Shown here piece after piece: positions 14,485-29,764 of a DNA stretch of 64,000 nt. The stretch's first letter is position 1. Every line of letters begins with the position of its first letter. Position numbers and translations under genes: made by a program. The notes under the pieces were generated by a model that was not told the origin of the DNA, did not search any database, and worked only from the letters and a program-made list of their open reading frames with translations. Location of the stretch: NCBI GenBank assembly GCA_012295275.1, contig CM022671.1, forward strand, positions 35,278,001 through 35,342,000, given 5' to 3'. The stretch is from Chrysomallon squamiferum. Taxonomy: Eukaryota > Animalia > Mollusca.

Positions 14485-16851
14485 GTTGAACATTTTTTTC
14501 AGCTGTTCTGAAGGAATTAATTAAATATTAATAATCAATCTTTACTTTTATCTTGTTTTGAAAGCAATAAAATCTAATTAAAATGTATATAAAAAAAATT
14601 AAAATTAAAAATTCCACCATTGTCTACATAAATGTATAATTACACACACAGCACTAAAAAAAAAATAATAATAATTTCTCATAGCAGCTGCATTTGAATA
14701 AACATTTAAATTTTTTTTTTTTTTTCTTAAATTTAAATAATACAATTATTGTAGATATAGAGAATGCAATCAGGAACAGTATAGTTGAAATGAGACAGAA
14801 TTTGGTTTGTTATTTTCTGTTACAGCTCTTTTGTAAATTTAAAAAGTTTATAACTCTTTCCAGTAGGTTTTTTTCTTTCTCCTTGAAAAAAAGCTATCCT
14901 GAATGAGTTAGGAAAGTTTTTATTTATTTATTTTATTTTAACATATTTATTTATTTTATTTTAACATATTTATTTGTTTGTGTTTGTTTCATTTCATTTT
15001 TTAAATTTTTTTTGTTTTGCTTTGATTTGTTTTGTTTTATTTATTGATTTATTTTATTTTATTTTATTTTATTTTATTTGAACATATTGCTTTATAGTGA
15101 CACTAATTCAGTTTTATTGAAGTTGTTTCTGATTGAAGTATACCTGTAATGTACGAACATTAAAGTAAACTCATTTTGCATATTTCTACTGAAAAAAAAA
15201 AAAAAAAAAACAACAACACAGAAATTATAAAGGAAAAAAACAACAACAACACCAATATCTAACATTCATTTTAAAAGCAGATATACAATAATAATAGTAT
15301 CCAGATCATAATGACTTTTTTGGAGGAATTTTTTTTATATATTATTATCATCATCATCATCATCATATCATCATCATCATCATTATCATTATTATTAATA
15401 ATGTCTCTAATAGATTTACAAATCTGCCAATTTTATAAATATTTACTTTATTATTACTAAAGATTGAGGTTTTATAAAATTTAATCTTTTACAAGTATAT
15501 TGCATTTATTTATACTCATTCTCTTTTGTTGTTGTTAATTGTTGATTAATACATTATTTCAAATGAAAAATGATCTGAAACAATCATTTTAAATGTATAA
15601 TTAATATATTCATTCAACACACATTGTTCCTGAGTAAATGATTTTGTTTTTCAAAATCCAGAAAAAGTAATGTATATAAAATATATAGGTAATTTAAAAA
15701 TATATATTTTAATCAGTTTATTTTGCTAAATTTTTATAATAAGCATTTTTATTCTTTTTATTTTATAATTTAAAATAGGTAATTTTAAAGGAAATTCACA
15801 ACGTGTTTCTTATTTTTTATTTTTTTTTTCTATTTTGATATGCTTTAAAATTAAATTTTAATATACAGGTAGATGATGTAATACTTTGGTATTTTGTAAT
15901 TTTAAGTCCAGTTCTTAATATATTAATAACAGATATTCTAAATAAATATTAAGATAGAGCAGTTTTTGATGGATAATACATAAGATATATTAAAAGTATA
16001 ATTACGTTAAATCAGAATTATGAATTATATATATTCGTAAAAGTATTTTCATTATAAATTAGAAAAAACAAACATACCTATTAAATTTGAAAATATTACA
16101 TATATAGGTAAAATATCTTATATAATAAAAAGAAAGTATTCCTAACATAAGCTATATGTAGTAGTATTTTTATGTAATAACAAGGTACAGATATTTTTAA
16201 TAAAACTACTGTATATACAAGCATTATTTAATATTTAGTATATTTTTAATATATTGTTTAATACAGATATTATCTGATTTAGAAAACAGGTATTTCAAAT
16301 TAAAAAAAAAAGGTTTTACTGAATTGAGTATTTGAATACACACAGGTAGTATGAATTTAAATTTTTGAAAAAAAGTGTTTTTAAACTGATTCCACAAAAA
16401 GGTATTGTTAGAAATGTAAATTTTTTTTTTTTTTTTTTTTTTTGTAAAAGGTACTGTATAATTTATGGCACACAAAGGTATTTTACAATTTAAGGTGTTG
16501 TTTGAAGATACAGTATGTGGGGAATGTATTAAAAACCAAAACTGACACTGAGGACCTATAATTTATGTAAAGTACAAGGACTTTCAAAAGTGTCTACATG
16601 TTCAAACCAATATAGCCAAACAGACTTTCGCAGTACTAAAACATAATTGTTGTTCACTCTGCTGTAAGGTCAGAGATATCGTTAACATTGTTTACCTGTA
16701 TAATAAAGTGTAGAGGTGTGTGTAAATACAGGTTACTAATAATAAAGCTGAGAGTGACAACAAAGATTTTTTATTTTTTTTATTTTTTATTCTGTTTGAA
16801 GTAGTTGTAAAATAGGATTAGTTGGTTAATATTTTTAAATATTGTTCATGT

Positions 16852-17122
<271 letters not shown>

Positions 17123-17410
17123 ATTAAGTCTGTGTTTTAATATTTAAAAGATTTTAAATGTTTCATATTTCATGAGAAAAATTATGTGTGTGTTATGCAT
17201 GTACTTGTGGGTGAGAGAGAAAAAGAATAGAAAAAAGTGATGAGAAAAAGATGAGAAAAATTAAAGAGGTTAATATACAGTTACCTTATTTTAAAAAATA
17301 CAGAGCATTATGTCATTTAATACTGTTCTGTTTATCTTCTCTGTTTACCTTTGAGTGATAATTTATTTTTGATTTGTGCATGTGTGTCTAAGGTCTTCTT
17401 TTGTTTGTGA

Positions 17411-17457
<47 letters not shown>

Positions 17458-19131
17458 TATTACTTATCTGAAAAAGTAACTATGAAAAGAACTGTTTAAG
17501 TGAAATAAATGTTTTAAAATAATATATAATTAATTAAGTAAAATAAATAAATAAATAAATTAAATTGTAAAAAAATAAAAAAATATCAACATTTTTTTTC
17601 ATGAAGACAAATTGTCAACACAGACTGAGTTTCCCTTTGTCTAGAAAAATTGTTTACAGACTGAGGCACAGTTATGCGCAGTACTTATTTTGGTTTTATT
17701 GAAATAATTCATCTATTTTAATGTATTTATTTTCATTTTGACATTATTTTGAAAATGTTTATTTTAAGGCTTCAGGTCAGTTTTTAATCTGTAGAAGTTA
17801 TGACAAAATATTAAGTTACAATATTACATTTTTAGATATTAGTAACAATAAATTTTTATATTTATAAAGTGTAATCATTTTAATAATAAATTTTATATCT
17901 CAAATTTCTTCTTTTTTTAAACATTATTCACAGTTTTAACCACAAATCACATTTATTATAAATCCTGAACAGCTTTTTTTTATTACTTTTCTCTGTTGTT
18001 TTTTCTTTCATTTTTTTTTTTAAATTATTTTTCTCAATAGATTATTTTTCTATTTTTCATTTTAAAATAAAATAAAATGTGTTATGTAATTACCTAGCAC
18101 ATTATTTGTACTATGACTGGATATGCACTGAACCTTTGCAAAAAAATATAACAACCATTAAAATTTATATTATTTTTTTTTCTTATTTCCAAAACATTGT
18201 CAACCAAATATTTTGGTATGCAGTTATCTTTACATTTCACTTTAACAGGGAAATAAATAAATAAAGGAAATAATAAAAAAATAAAATAAATTAATGTGTA
18301 TCACATTTCAAAAACATACATTAAGATAATTGTTACATTATTTGGGATGAAAAGTTGAAATGATAACAAAGTCTTTTATTTTTTTTTTCCTTTCTATTTA
18401 TATTTTTCTTTCATTTTTACTACAAAGTTAAAAACCTTTTTTTTTCAAATAAAGTAAACAGAACAGAGTACATTAAATGTTTTATGACTGCGTTTTCTTT
18501 ACATCCAGGTGTTTTTAATACCTGGAAACACGTTAATTGGGGCTGTGTGCTAGTCTGTACATTCCACTGTTCCTTCAATGCATCACCATGGAGACGACAG
18601 GCAGAGGTCATTTTTTTTTAAAGAGTGGGTTTCAGGACCAGTCAACCCTCAAAATCACTGCTGTTTAAATTAAAATCTTCCAGTTGTGTTTACATATGGG
18701 GAGTGTGTTTATGTGTTGAAGATTTCTGTTTTATTGTGGTATTACTGAAGTATGTTATCCAGGTCAGAGGTCATGGCATGGCAAGCATACTTTAACGGTT
18801 AATTGGTAGATTTATGTTAAAGTTTAGCCACTCTGTTGTGAAGCTTTCTTTTTATGTGTCTGATAGACGCTCTTTCCCTTTTCTCTCATTATGTAGGTGG
18901 GTTGTCAGTAGGCTGTAGTATGTGGTTTTGAGTACAGAACTGAGGCGTGATAGGTTTCAGGATCAAGTCCTTATTGCTGCTCTTCTACATTTTCCTTTCT
19001 CTTTTTTTTTGAAAGAAAGAGAGAAAGAAAGTATGAAAGAAAGAGAGAAAGAAAGAGTGACTGTGAAAAAGAAAGAGAGGGTTCTGTCCAGTAAAGTCAT
19101 AACAAAAGAAAAAGAGAAAGTGAGTCAATGA

Positions 19132-19349
<218 letters not shown>

Positions 19350-19844
19350 TAACAAGACAGAGCAGTGAAACTTTGATCTCTGACTGACTGAGTGTATTCA
19401 GAAACAGGCTATAGCAGTTGAAACTGGGGGAAACTTTGAGAGAACACCACATATTTAGACCAGCAGGCTTATTTCCTGCCTCACTTGAGGCTTTACTGAG
19501 CACATTATCCCTGCAAGCCAGCGTGTGGATACACCTGAGTGCTCCTGCACAGGTATGCCGTACTCCTTGATTACCTGTTCATACCTGCTGACCGTCCCAA
19601 TCAGGCAATGCTTTGAATGGCTGCTGTCAGTTGTGGTGTATTCAACAGGTAGTACAGGTGGACACCGCTGTGACATGGTTTACAGCAGTCACTGACAACT
19701 GGGACAAGTTTTCTTCCTCTGGCAGAAATCATCCAGACACTTTTGTTTTCATCATTTAAAGTGATAGTATCTGGCTGTAATATATATCAGTGTTATTTAA
19801 CTTAGTGACTGGACATCTACAAGTTTTATCCATTGTGTTCTGAG

Positions 19845-20180
19845 GAGATATACCAGCTTTGTTTTTTTTCTGTGGTGACTTTGCATACTGATATTACACA
19901 TGATTAAATGTCTTCTACTTGTATAGTTTAATGTTTTCTCAGGATATATGCAAGTATGTTTTCATATGGTGACTATATATATTGATATTACACACTATTT
20001 TAGGTTATCTACTGGTATACTTTTAATTCGGTTCCCAGATTAAATATCAGCATACTTTCATCTGGTGACTATAAATAAACTATTGTTATGTCACAGGTCA
20101 CTGTCATATACCAGTATAATTTAATGTGTTGAGGCTATATACCAATATACTTTCAAGAAGTTATTATTACATAGATTACT
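19845..20180 (+). repeat. Degenerate ~95-bp tandem repeat, 3-4 copies
   Basis: GGTGACT marker at 19874, 19968 and 20064 with shared flanks (TGATATTACAC, CTACT.GTATA). Confidence 0.65.
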
Positions 20181-21109
20181 GTGCTTGTAGTAATATCAGA
20201 AATATTAACTGCATAATATATCATTATTAATCCACCTGCTAGTTATATATATCAACTATCAATAACATCATTCATGATGACTCATATAAAATATGAGCAG
20301 TTCAGGATTGCATGTTCTTGATAGTCAAATTACGTTCAGTTTTTATCTAAAGGTTTCACTGTATCTTTTAGGTTATTAAGTGTAATAACATCTTTCAGTA
20401 TAATCTGAGGTAGTCTCAGTATATAGATATATACTATTATTATTTCATTTGTAACTGGTTTATTTACTGCTGTCAGATGTGATACTGAAGTTATCTGACA
20501 TGCTGACTGTTTATTAACACAGTGTTATAAATATCTGTATGTACCACAACTCAAAAAGTGATTACCAGAGCAGTATGTGACTTTCTAAAAATATCTCCAG
20601 TCTATGAAATTGTTATATGTTAGAACACCAATTTGAAAGGAAATTCATTTCTTTTCTTTTTTTTTTAATTAAAATTCTGATATCACATTTGTTTGTATAA
20701 ATTATCTCAGTTAATTCTATTTTAAAACTGAATATTTTATATAATTTTCAGACTACTGGCAATGAAAAATATGTATTTTTATTTATAACACATTTTCAAC
20801 ACTCGTAATATTTGTAAATATTCAGGTAAAAAAAAAAAGTGCTTCTATTTTGTCCATACTGAGGTAACAATATGAATATATATTTATATTAAATATTTAT
20901 ATACATGTAGTGTGGCTTTCATATACATACAAAAACAACATATTTCCGTGTGTGTTGGAAAGACTCTTTAATTAATGTGTGACCAGTACATACGTATGAT
21001 ATCTCACACCAACTGATTCAGTATTAGCTGAATATGACATTTAACTCATCAGAGAGAAACATGTTTTAATGATGGAGGATAATTATTAGAGTGTCAGCTT
21101 GTTTTCATC

Positions 21110-21214
21110 ATGGATGTTCTGTTAGAGCGGAATCCTAGGCCCCTGCAGGAGTACTTGGAGGAGCAGGAGGAGCAGAGGGAGTCTGAGCGAAGACCTCACA
21201 GTTTCTTCTTACAG
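21110..21214 (+). CDS. Candidate alternative first coding exon of the RIMBP gene (35 aa)
   Basis: GC-rich island in AT-rich intron. ATG 21110 follows an in-frame TAA (21080); MDVLLERNPRPLQEYLEEQEEQRESERRPHSFFLQ; donor CAG|GTAACC, phase 0. Confidence 0.6.
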
Positions 21215-23803
21215 GTAACCATGGTTTCCTCTTCATGTCTGTTTTGAACTACACAGTATCACTGTGGATTTGTCCCCTAAATCATGTTTAGATATGCTGG
21301 TCTAACTTTATTAATTATTTTATTCATTTGCTTTTATATTTATCACTTTTTAATTTGGATCTTTATTAAAAAAAAAAAAATTTAATTTTAACTTTGGGAT
21401 TGGTATATATAATATGATTCACTGAATGGTTAATAATTAGTAATGGGTGTGGTCATTCAATACTGATTATGTTCTGATTGTATTTTAGACATTCATTCAG
21501 TCATTATTTAATATATTTTCACTTTTATATATTTCTTACTTCATCTTATTTTAAAATAATTTATTTTTAATTTATTACCTTGTCTTCTATCATTCATTAA
21601 TTCACTCATTCTGAAAAGATTTATTTTAACCTGCATCTCTCCAATTGAATGGTCTTTAAATTTTCATATTTTTTATTGCAGTATCTTAATGTTTTTTCAT
21701 TCATTCATTCATTCTGTCTGTGCCTCTACACAGTCATTCACTCTTTTTTTTTCATCCTGTCTGTCTCACTATCTCTCTTTTCTCTCATACCTCTTCTTTC
21801 TTTTCTTCACTATATCTTTCTTTGTTCTTCTCTCTCTCATTTACTTTGGTCTTTTAAACTAACTTAAAAAAAAATATATATATTTTGTTTAGGTTTGTCT
21901 TTGTCTGTTCATTGAACCATTCTTTCATTCATTTATTTGTGCCAATGTTGAATCTGAGATGTATTAAGCAAAGACCTGTTAATCCGGTAATCCAGGTTAA
22001 GATGCAGATTATGTAGACATAATCAAATCAGCATGGTAAAAACTTCCTTCTTTTTTTTGACATTTCTCTGCTGGTTTTGGCTTCATTTGTCTGACTAAGT
22101 ACAAGGAAGTTATTTACAGATAAAAGGAAAACATAAAAACACATACAAAAAATCCACACAGACAATAAGATATGAAATATAGTTTATTTTTCAAAATACG
22201 AAAATCAGATACATTTTATTTCTAAGTCATATTTTTGTGCTAGAATAAAAAATATTAATTCATTTCCATACAAATAAAACTGTAAAGATAAATTTTTATA
22301 AACAAACATCTTAATTATATTATTCTTGTCATAATAATTTTGTGCCATTTGTGAAATTTTTTGTAAACATTATCATATCATTATGTCGTAATAATTTAAA
22401 ATTATGTACATAAATTCTAGATATATCACAATTTATTATTAATTTTTCTATATTTTATTTATTTAATATTACATATAGTTGTGTGTGTGTGTGTGAACAC
22501 ATACAAACACATACAAACATATATATATATATATATATATGAACAATCACATTACTGTTGCCCATACAACACAACATATGTAAGTTATTATGCATGGCAG
22601 TATTATGAGCTGTCACCTATCTATAGTTTATACTTACAAATGACAGGTTAATTGATCTTCATGGAATATGAGCTGCAGTCATGTGGTAATGTGAATAACA
22701 ACACTACAGCCACACGTTTATATACCACGTTTGTTAAACAGTGCGATACAAACCATGTACTAAACACTAGTGTTTGATCAGAGGTTTATATTACATGTGA
22801 TAACATTGATAAACTGTCTGTACTACACTGTTCATGTAAACCTTTGGAAAAAGACACCTGAATCTCAACAAATGGGGTCTTAGTCAATGAATAGAAATTT
22901 TTGGCAGCTTTACACAAGTATTCAAAATCAAATAATTTTAATTAATTTATTATTTATTTTATTTTTAGAAAAAGGTCTTGTGATAAGTGTTTAATATTAA
23001 GGAATGAATGTGGTATAGTTTTGTTGTACTTGGTTTATGTTAGACATTTTTAAATGTTGAGTGATACGAGGAAAGAAACCAGTCTGTATCACACACAAGA
23101 TTTCTTTTACTGATACCAGAAACATCTTTTATACATGGCTTAACAGAACACACATACCATAACTTCTCTGTTTCTTTGTGGAGCTCAGGCTTGAATGGGA
23201 AGTTGCATTATATAGAACTGATTCTCTGTAAAGAATATCACACACACAAACAGACACACACAGACACATATACACACAGAGAGACACACACACATTTAGA
23301 GTGTGAATTATAATATATTTCCTATCTGAATCAGACCATTTGAAAATTGTCACAACATATATTTTATTTTTATGCTGAATTAGAAGATAAATATTTATTC
23401 TGATTCTAATGTTTCAGATGGGTTGTAATAAATAAAACTCTTTAAAAATGAGTAATAAAGATGGAAATCAGTGTTACAAGTTAACATTTAGCAATAATGA
23501 ATCACATTAAACTAAAAATAAAATCAGAGGATGTTTTTATCTGAATTGTATAATTTCTGAAATTTTTCAAACTCTTATGTTTTTTTTCCATATTTTTTAG
23601 TAGATGATCTTTCAAAAGCCAGTTTCCATTCACAAATAATCTTAGAATTTCTTTTTTTTTTCTAAATAATTCAAATAAAATAAAATTTTATAAATGTTTT
23701 GTTCAACAAAAGTTTGTCCTTTCATCCTGAACATGCTGATGTGGAAAACTGACAGAAATGATTAGATGACAATTTTGAAAAAAACAAACAGAACAACATT
23801 TAA

Positions 23804-23885
<82 letters not shown>

Positions 23886-24540
23886 TAATAATAATAATAA
23901 AATAATAATGCATACTTGGGCTAGCAAATCAATATTCTCCTAAAGATTAGCAGTTTTGATTATAATTAATAATGTCATTATTTAAACACATTGAAATATG
24001 CAAAATAAAAAACTGTATATAATAATATATGAAATAAACAAAATTAAAAAAAATATGAATATATTGCTGAGTGTATTGACGTCAGTTACCTTCAGCTATC
24101 AATTTATAATTGGTGAATCATACACCTGTAAATTTACCTAATTACATATCACCTGCAGATCAGATATGTTACCTGTATTTTCACATCATTTATCCACTGT
24201 AGAATACTTTTGATGCTAAGCAATTTAACAGTTGAAATTCTGATTAAACAGCAGATATATTCAGTTATTAGTGTACATTTTAATATTTTCCTTTTATCAG
24301 TACATTTAACAGTTTGAATTTGTATCTTAAAGTATGAGTAAACAGTTTTAAATTACATTTTATGTAAATCAAAGGTTAAAATTGTTTTCTTGTGTTTTTT
24401 CATATTTTCATTTTTTTTTATCAAGATATTTAATTCTTGGATCTTAAATTATTGTTGAACATTTTTTTGTTGTTGAAAGATTAATGGGAAACTGTCCTGT
24501 GGAATGTGAGGGATGTTTAGAAAAATGTATTTTAATTAAT

Positions 24541-24571
<31 letters not shown>

Positions 24572-24798
24572 CACTGTAGACATTTAATAATGTGACTTTA
24601 TATTTCAAGAGAAGAGGATTTAAAATCATTATTCTCAGTGATTTACAATAAGTGGTGTTGTGTTTGTAGTGGCTAGATCAGTTACTGTTTAAAGAATGAA
24701 TTAAAATCTTGGTTTTGTCTCTTGATGAAGTACTCAGTGTGGATTTTTATTGTTTATTGAAGTATATAGAGTATCATGTGTCCAGTTTTGAAAAATTG

Positions 24799-25027
24799 TT
24801 AAAAATAAATAAATCTAATTTTGTATTTATTGATTTAATTTTTTTTATTTTTTTTATCTATTATTATTATTTTTTTTTACATCTTTAACAAAGGTATTTT
24901 GTTTTGAAAAATTGTTAAAAACAAAATACCTTTGTTAAAGATGTAAACAAAATAATAATAATAATAGATAAAAAAAATAAAAAAAATAAAATCAATAAAT
25001 ACAAAATTAGATTTATTTATTTTTTAA
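24799..25027. repeat. Near-perfect inverted repeat (arms ~105 bp, loop ~10 nt)
   Basis: ...TACATCTTTAACAAAGGTATTTTGTTTT / AAAACAAAATACCTTTGTTAAAGATGTA..., and AAATCTAATTTTGTATTTATTGATTT / AAATCAATAAATACAAAATTAGATTT, are reverse complements. Confidence 0.92.
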
Positions 25028-25651
25028 TTTATTTACTTATTTATTTATTTACTTGCATACTCATGTCCATACCCATGCACACATACACGCACATACATAC
25101 ACACATACACAAACAGATACACAAACACACACACATACACACCTACATAGACACACACACACATACATGTACATATATATGTATGTAGACACACACACAC
25201 ACACACACACACGTGTTAATAGTTGACTGACAGTTGCACTATGTACTACTTGTGCTATTTTTAAATGTCATTCCTCTTCCAGCAGTTTTTTTTTTTTTTT
25301 TTTTGTTACCTACAGATAAAAACTTTATTGATAAACATTTATAGTCTTTTTCAAGTTTTGTCACTCTGCATAAACATCCTCATTGTCTCCATCATTGTCA
25401 TCATCAACAAACACATCAGTAATCACAATATGTAAAAACTTTTTTTTAAATAATTAACTATGTAAATAATGTGTATTTGTATATGTATATACTTATATAT
25501 ATGCAGACACTTGTTTTTACCTAACACTATGACACTACTATTACAGTGTGTTGTACTGTAGAATGTAGCTTTTCTTCTACCTGTGTAGATCTGTCTGTCT
25601 TACTGTCTTTCCCTTTCTATTTCTTTCTGTTCCTTTCTCTCTTCTCTCTCT

Positions 25652-25744
<93 letters not shown>

Positions 25745-25924
25745 CATCTGTATAATGATATATATCATATGTAACCCGAGTTTAGAGACTACTGATATTA
25801 TTTGTTTCTTTGTTTTCAAAGAGTAATTTTACATGCCAGGTACCTACATTTACAAAATGTTCCACATATCTGTCAGTGAATAAAAAATAGCTGTTTTGAT
25901 ATAAAAAATAGGAATAACAATAAC

Positions 25925-25967
<43 letters not shown>

Positions 25968-26606
25968 GCAATAATAATAATAACAATAAAAGCAATAATA
26001 ATAATAAAAGCAATAGTAATAATAATAACAACAACAACAATAATAATAACAGCAGCAGTAACAACAACAACAACAACAGCAACAATAACAATGCTATAAG
26101 TATATTTAAATGCACATTGATCACATGCTTAGTAAGCCTGTCTACTTCTTGTCACTGTGAAATAACTCACATAGAAGATACCCCGCTGTTTATATCACCG
26201 ACTTGTATGACACATGAAATCATTTGTGAAATGTGAACCCGTTTATAAAACAATTTCTTTGATAAATGCTTCCTTGATAAAAGCATCTAATGAGAACAGC
26301 ACAAGTTATTTATTGTGTATTATGACAAATATAATTTATTCCTTACCTGTTTTATATTAAATGGTTGTTGTGCTTGTTTTTCATGTCAGTGTGATGGCTT
26401 TATCTACATTTAAGTATGAAAATGTTTTTGTAAAGACATGTATATATTATCATTTTCAGTGCCTTTCTTTCTTTTTCTTTTTTTTATATTTTTTTATATT
26501 TTTTTTTTTTATTTTTTTTGTTTGTTTCTTACTCTTTTGTTTGTATACCTCTTTATACAGATATCTATATGTAGGTGTATCTTTCTGTCTGTTTTTATTT
26601 TCTTCT

Positions 26607-26666
<60 letters not shown>

Positions 26667-28969
26667 ATGTCTCTCTCTTATTGTCTCTCACATAATTGAA
26701 TTATTAGAAAAGCATAAGTAAAATGTTTTCTTTTACTTTTTTATTTCACTGAATATTAAAATTGTAAATACATCAGTAAAATAAGATAAATTTAATTACT
26801 AGTGAACATCTTAACAAGACATCTTTAATTGTAAATTATAAACTGAATTTAGAAAGAAAGCAAGTATATGTGTGTGTTTGTGCATTATATGAATATATAT
26901 AAAAGAAAACTAAATTAGATTAAAACAAAAATTTGGGGTTTTCTGTTTCCTAATTATGTCTTCAACACAAAATGATTCAATTATCTGAAAACTTCTCAAA
27001 GTAAAAACACAAAGGTGATAAGCATGTTTCCATCACAAACATTCAAAGAAGACAAAGCAAGAACAATCAGATTACACACAAACAGAACTTACATCAGTTA
27101 GTTTTTCAAGTCAAAATATGTCAAACAGCTAAGTGATTCACAATGTAAATTGCTTTATTTACATCATCAATTCAGAAAACAAATATTTGTGTTTACCCAG
27201 GTTCGAAGCTTTCTCTCCTGAAAGCAGTCATTTTTTGTGCTGTGTTTATTTTTTGTGTTAAAACAGTGTCAAACCAAAAAGATAAGATTTATTTGTTTGT
27301 TTTTTTATAAATATAGTGTCAGATCTCATTAAGTTATATTGCATAGTGAATGATTAGTTAAATTCATATAATTTGTAGGTATATAAATAAATATAAATAA
27401 ATATATATACATATAGAGAGAGAGAGAGAGAGGCAGAGAGAGAGGCAGAGAGAGAGAGAGAGAGAGGCAGAGGCAGAGGGAGAAATATTTGTGTTGTCAT
27501 ATATTTTATCCTTTTATTTTAGCAAAAATAGTTGCAACCTGTATGTGTTTTGTCTGTCTGTGGTATTTGTATATTTGTGTTTGAGTATGTGTATGTGTGT
27601 TAAAGATAGAGTTTATTTGAGTTTATATTTGAAATTCCAGGGATTTCTTTAGAGGTAATAAATTATAGTTTAGTGATTCAAGTGTTTGAATGTGTAGGGG
27701 ATGAACAATTCAGACAGTGAATGCTTCAAGTCTGCTTTTATCTCAGATAGTGTGGGAGCTTTCCACACTGTGGGAAAGTGTATTAAAAAAAAGTCCTTGC
27801 TGCTATTTAAGTGTGAATCTTTATGTGCCACCTAATAGCCATCCATGCAAGACTGACAAATAAACAACATTATTCCTCACTTCATTTCTCTATCTGAATT
27901 ATCAAGTTATTTTCAGTTCATGGTTTAACATACTGAACACAATAAAACATGTAATCTCTTTATTCAGAAATATTAATTAATTTTTTTTTTTTATTTTTTT
28001 TTTTTTTTTTTTTACCAGTTTTTATTTATTATTTTTCTGTTTCTAAAGTGAATACAGTAACTTAATTTCCATTGTTTGAACACATGTTGCTCACAGATGC
28101 AAACTAATTTGTGTGTAATGAGGTGAGACTGTTAATTAGTGGAATTAAATCACAGCATCCTGTTACCAGCCCTTAGTCTCACATCAGCTAGAATAACTTT
28201 TTTGTTTTTCATTTTTTTTAAAATCTTTTTCTTCTTTTAAATTTATTTGTTTCTTTGTTTATTTAATTACTTTATTTATTTTATTATTTTATTTTATTTT
28301 ATTTTATTTTATTTTTTTTAGTTTAGTTTAGTTTACTTTGCTTTATTTCATTATTTTTGTTTTACTTATTTATTTATTTCTTTATTATTTTTTTACTTAT
28401 TTAATTTTTTTTTTTTTTTTTATTTTTATATTTTTTTTTTACTTATTTATTTTACTGATTTATTTATTTATTTATTTATTTTTTTATTTTTATGTAGGTA
28501 AAAAAATATATCAAATATTTATTAAAATTACTCATCATTTTTCATCCGTCACACATATCTATTTTAATGTCTCAGATGTAGATCTGTGACAGCAGTAAAA
28601 CTGGGTTAGATACAAAGATTAGGTAAGAATAGAATAAAAATCCTGCAGGTTAATTGAGTGTGATAAAAATCTTTGAGTCTGAGCCAACTTGTCCAGCATG
28701 TGTTATTGGTAATATTAATAGAAAACCGGATTTTTGTTTATTTATTTTAAATGACAGCAAATTGTAGAAACTGTTGAATACAAAAAGAAATGAGATTTAC
28801 TTGAATAAAAAGTTTTAAACATAATTAACAGTTTAATTTGATACAGCTTACAGATTAAGTGAATTAGCAGATTATAATTATGACATAAAAGAATTTTAAT
28901 GAAAATATTTTCAGTGGTTTTTATCTTTACTGGATGTGAAAAATTAACAGAAAAAAAAAAATTGATAAA

Positions 28970-29004
<35 letters not shown>

Positions 29005-29227
29005 TAGTAAATAGATATAATTTCACAGTGTGAAGATTTATAACAAGGTCATTTTCAAGATGTCTGCCATTCTCATTTGAAATCACTGTAAAGGCTTTCT
29101 TAATTTGAGAGATAGAACTATTTTCAATTTTTCTTCTCTATGGTGGGCTTTCAGTCAAACTTAAAAAAATCAAATGAAATGTTAAATTTAATGTTATGGA
29201 ATGTAAATTATTTAAACATACTAATAG

Positions 29228-29500
29228 AAAACCAGTCAAGCAGAACAAATTTATTTTAATGTCATGTAGTGTGGATTGGGTATGTGAAATTTGATATCAA
29301 AAACCATTCAAGCAGAACAGTTTAGTTTAATGGGGTCACACATTTTGAATATAAAAAGATTTAAAAAAAATAAATAATAAATAAATAAAATAAAAAGTCA
29401 GTGAAGAAGAACAATTTAAATTACTGGAATCATTAAACTTAAATGCACCAAATAAAGAAATCAGTCAGCTAGAACTGTTTAAATTAATGGGACCATGAAA
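29228..29500 (+). repeat. Degenerate ~70-90-bp tandem repeat
   Basis: AAACCA(G/T)TCAAGCAGAACA..TT motif at ~29229 and ~29301, with weaker copies at ~29396 and ~29460. Confidence 0.55.
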
Positions 29501-29764
29501 TTTAAACCTAACAAACCTTAAAGCTCTGTTCATGTACACATTTTTAACCTAAGTTCACATCAAATGCTAAGAAAATCAATATTTATAACAATGTCCATTA
29601 ATTTTTCAAATTCTGAATAAAAATCAATGTTAAAAGTTTTCAAATTATGAATAAAAATCAAGTTCTTTAAAAATCATGGTTATTCCTGGGTATTTGTGAG
29701 TCACATTGAGTGATACACTTGGTAAAGCATTGTAACGTTACACTGTAACAATTATTTTACATAA

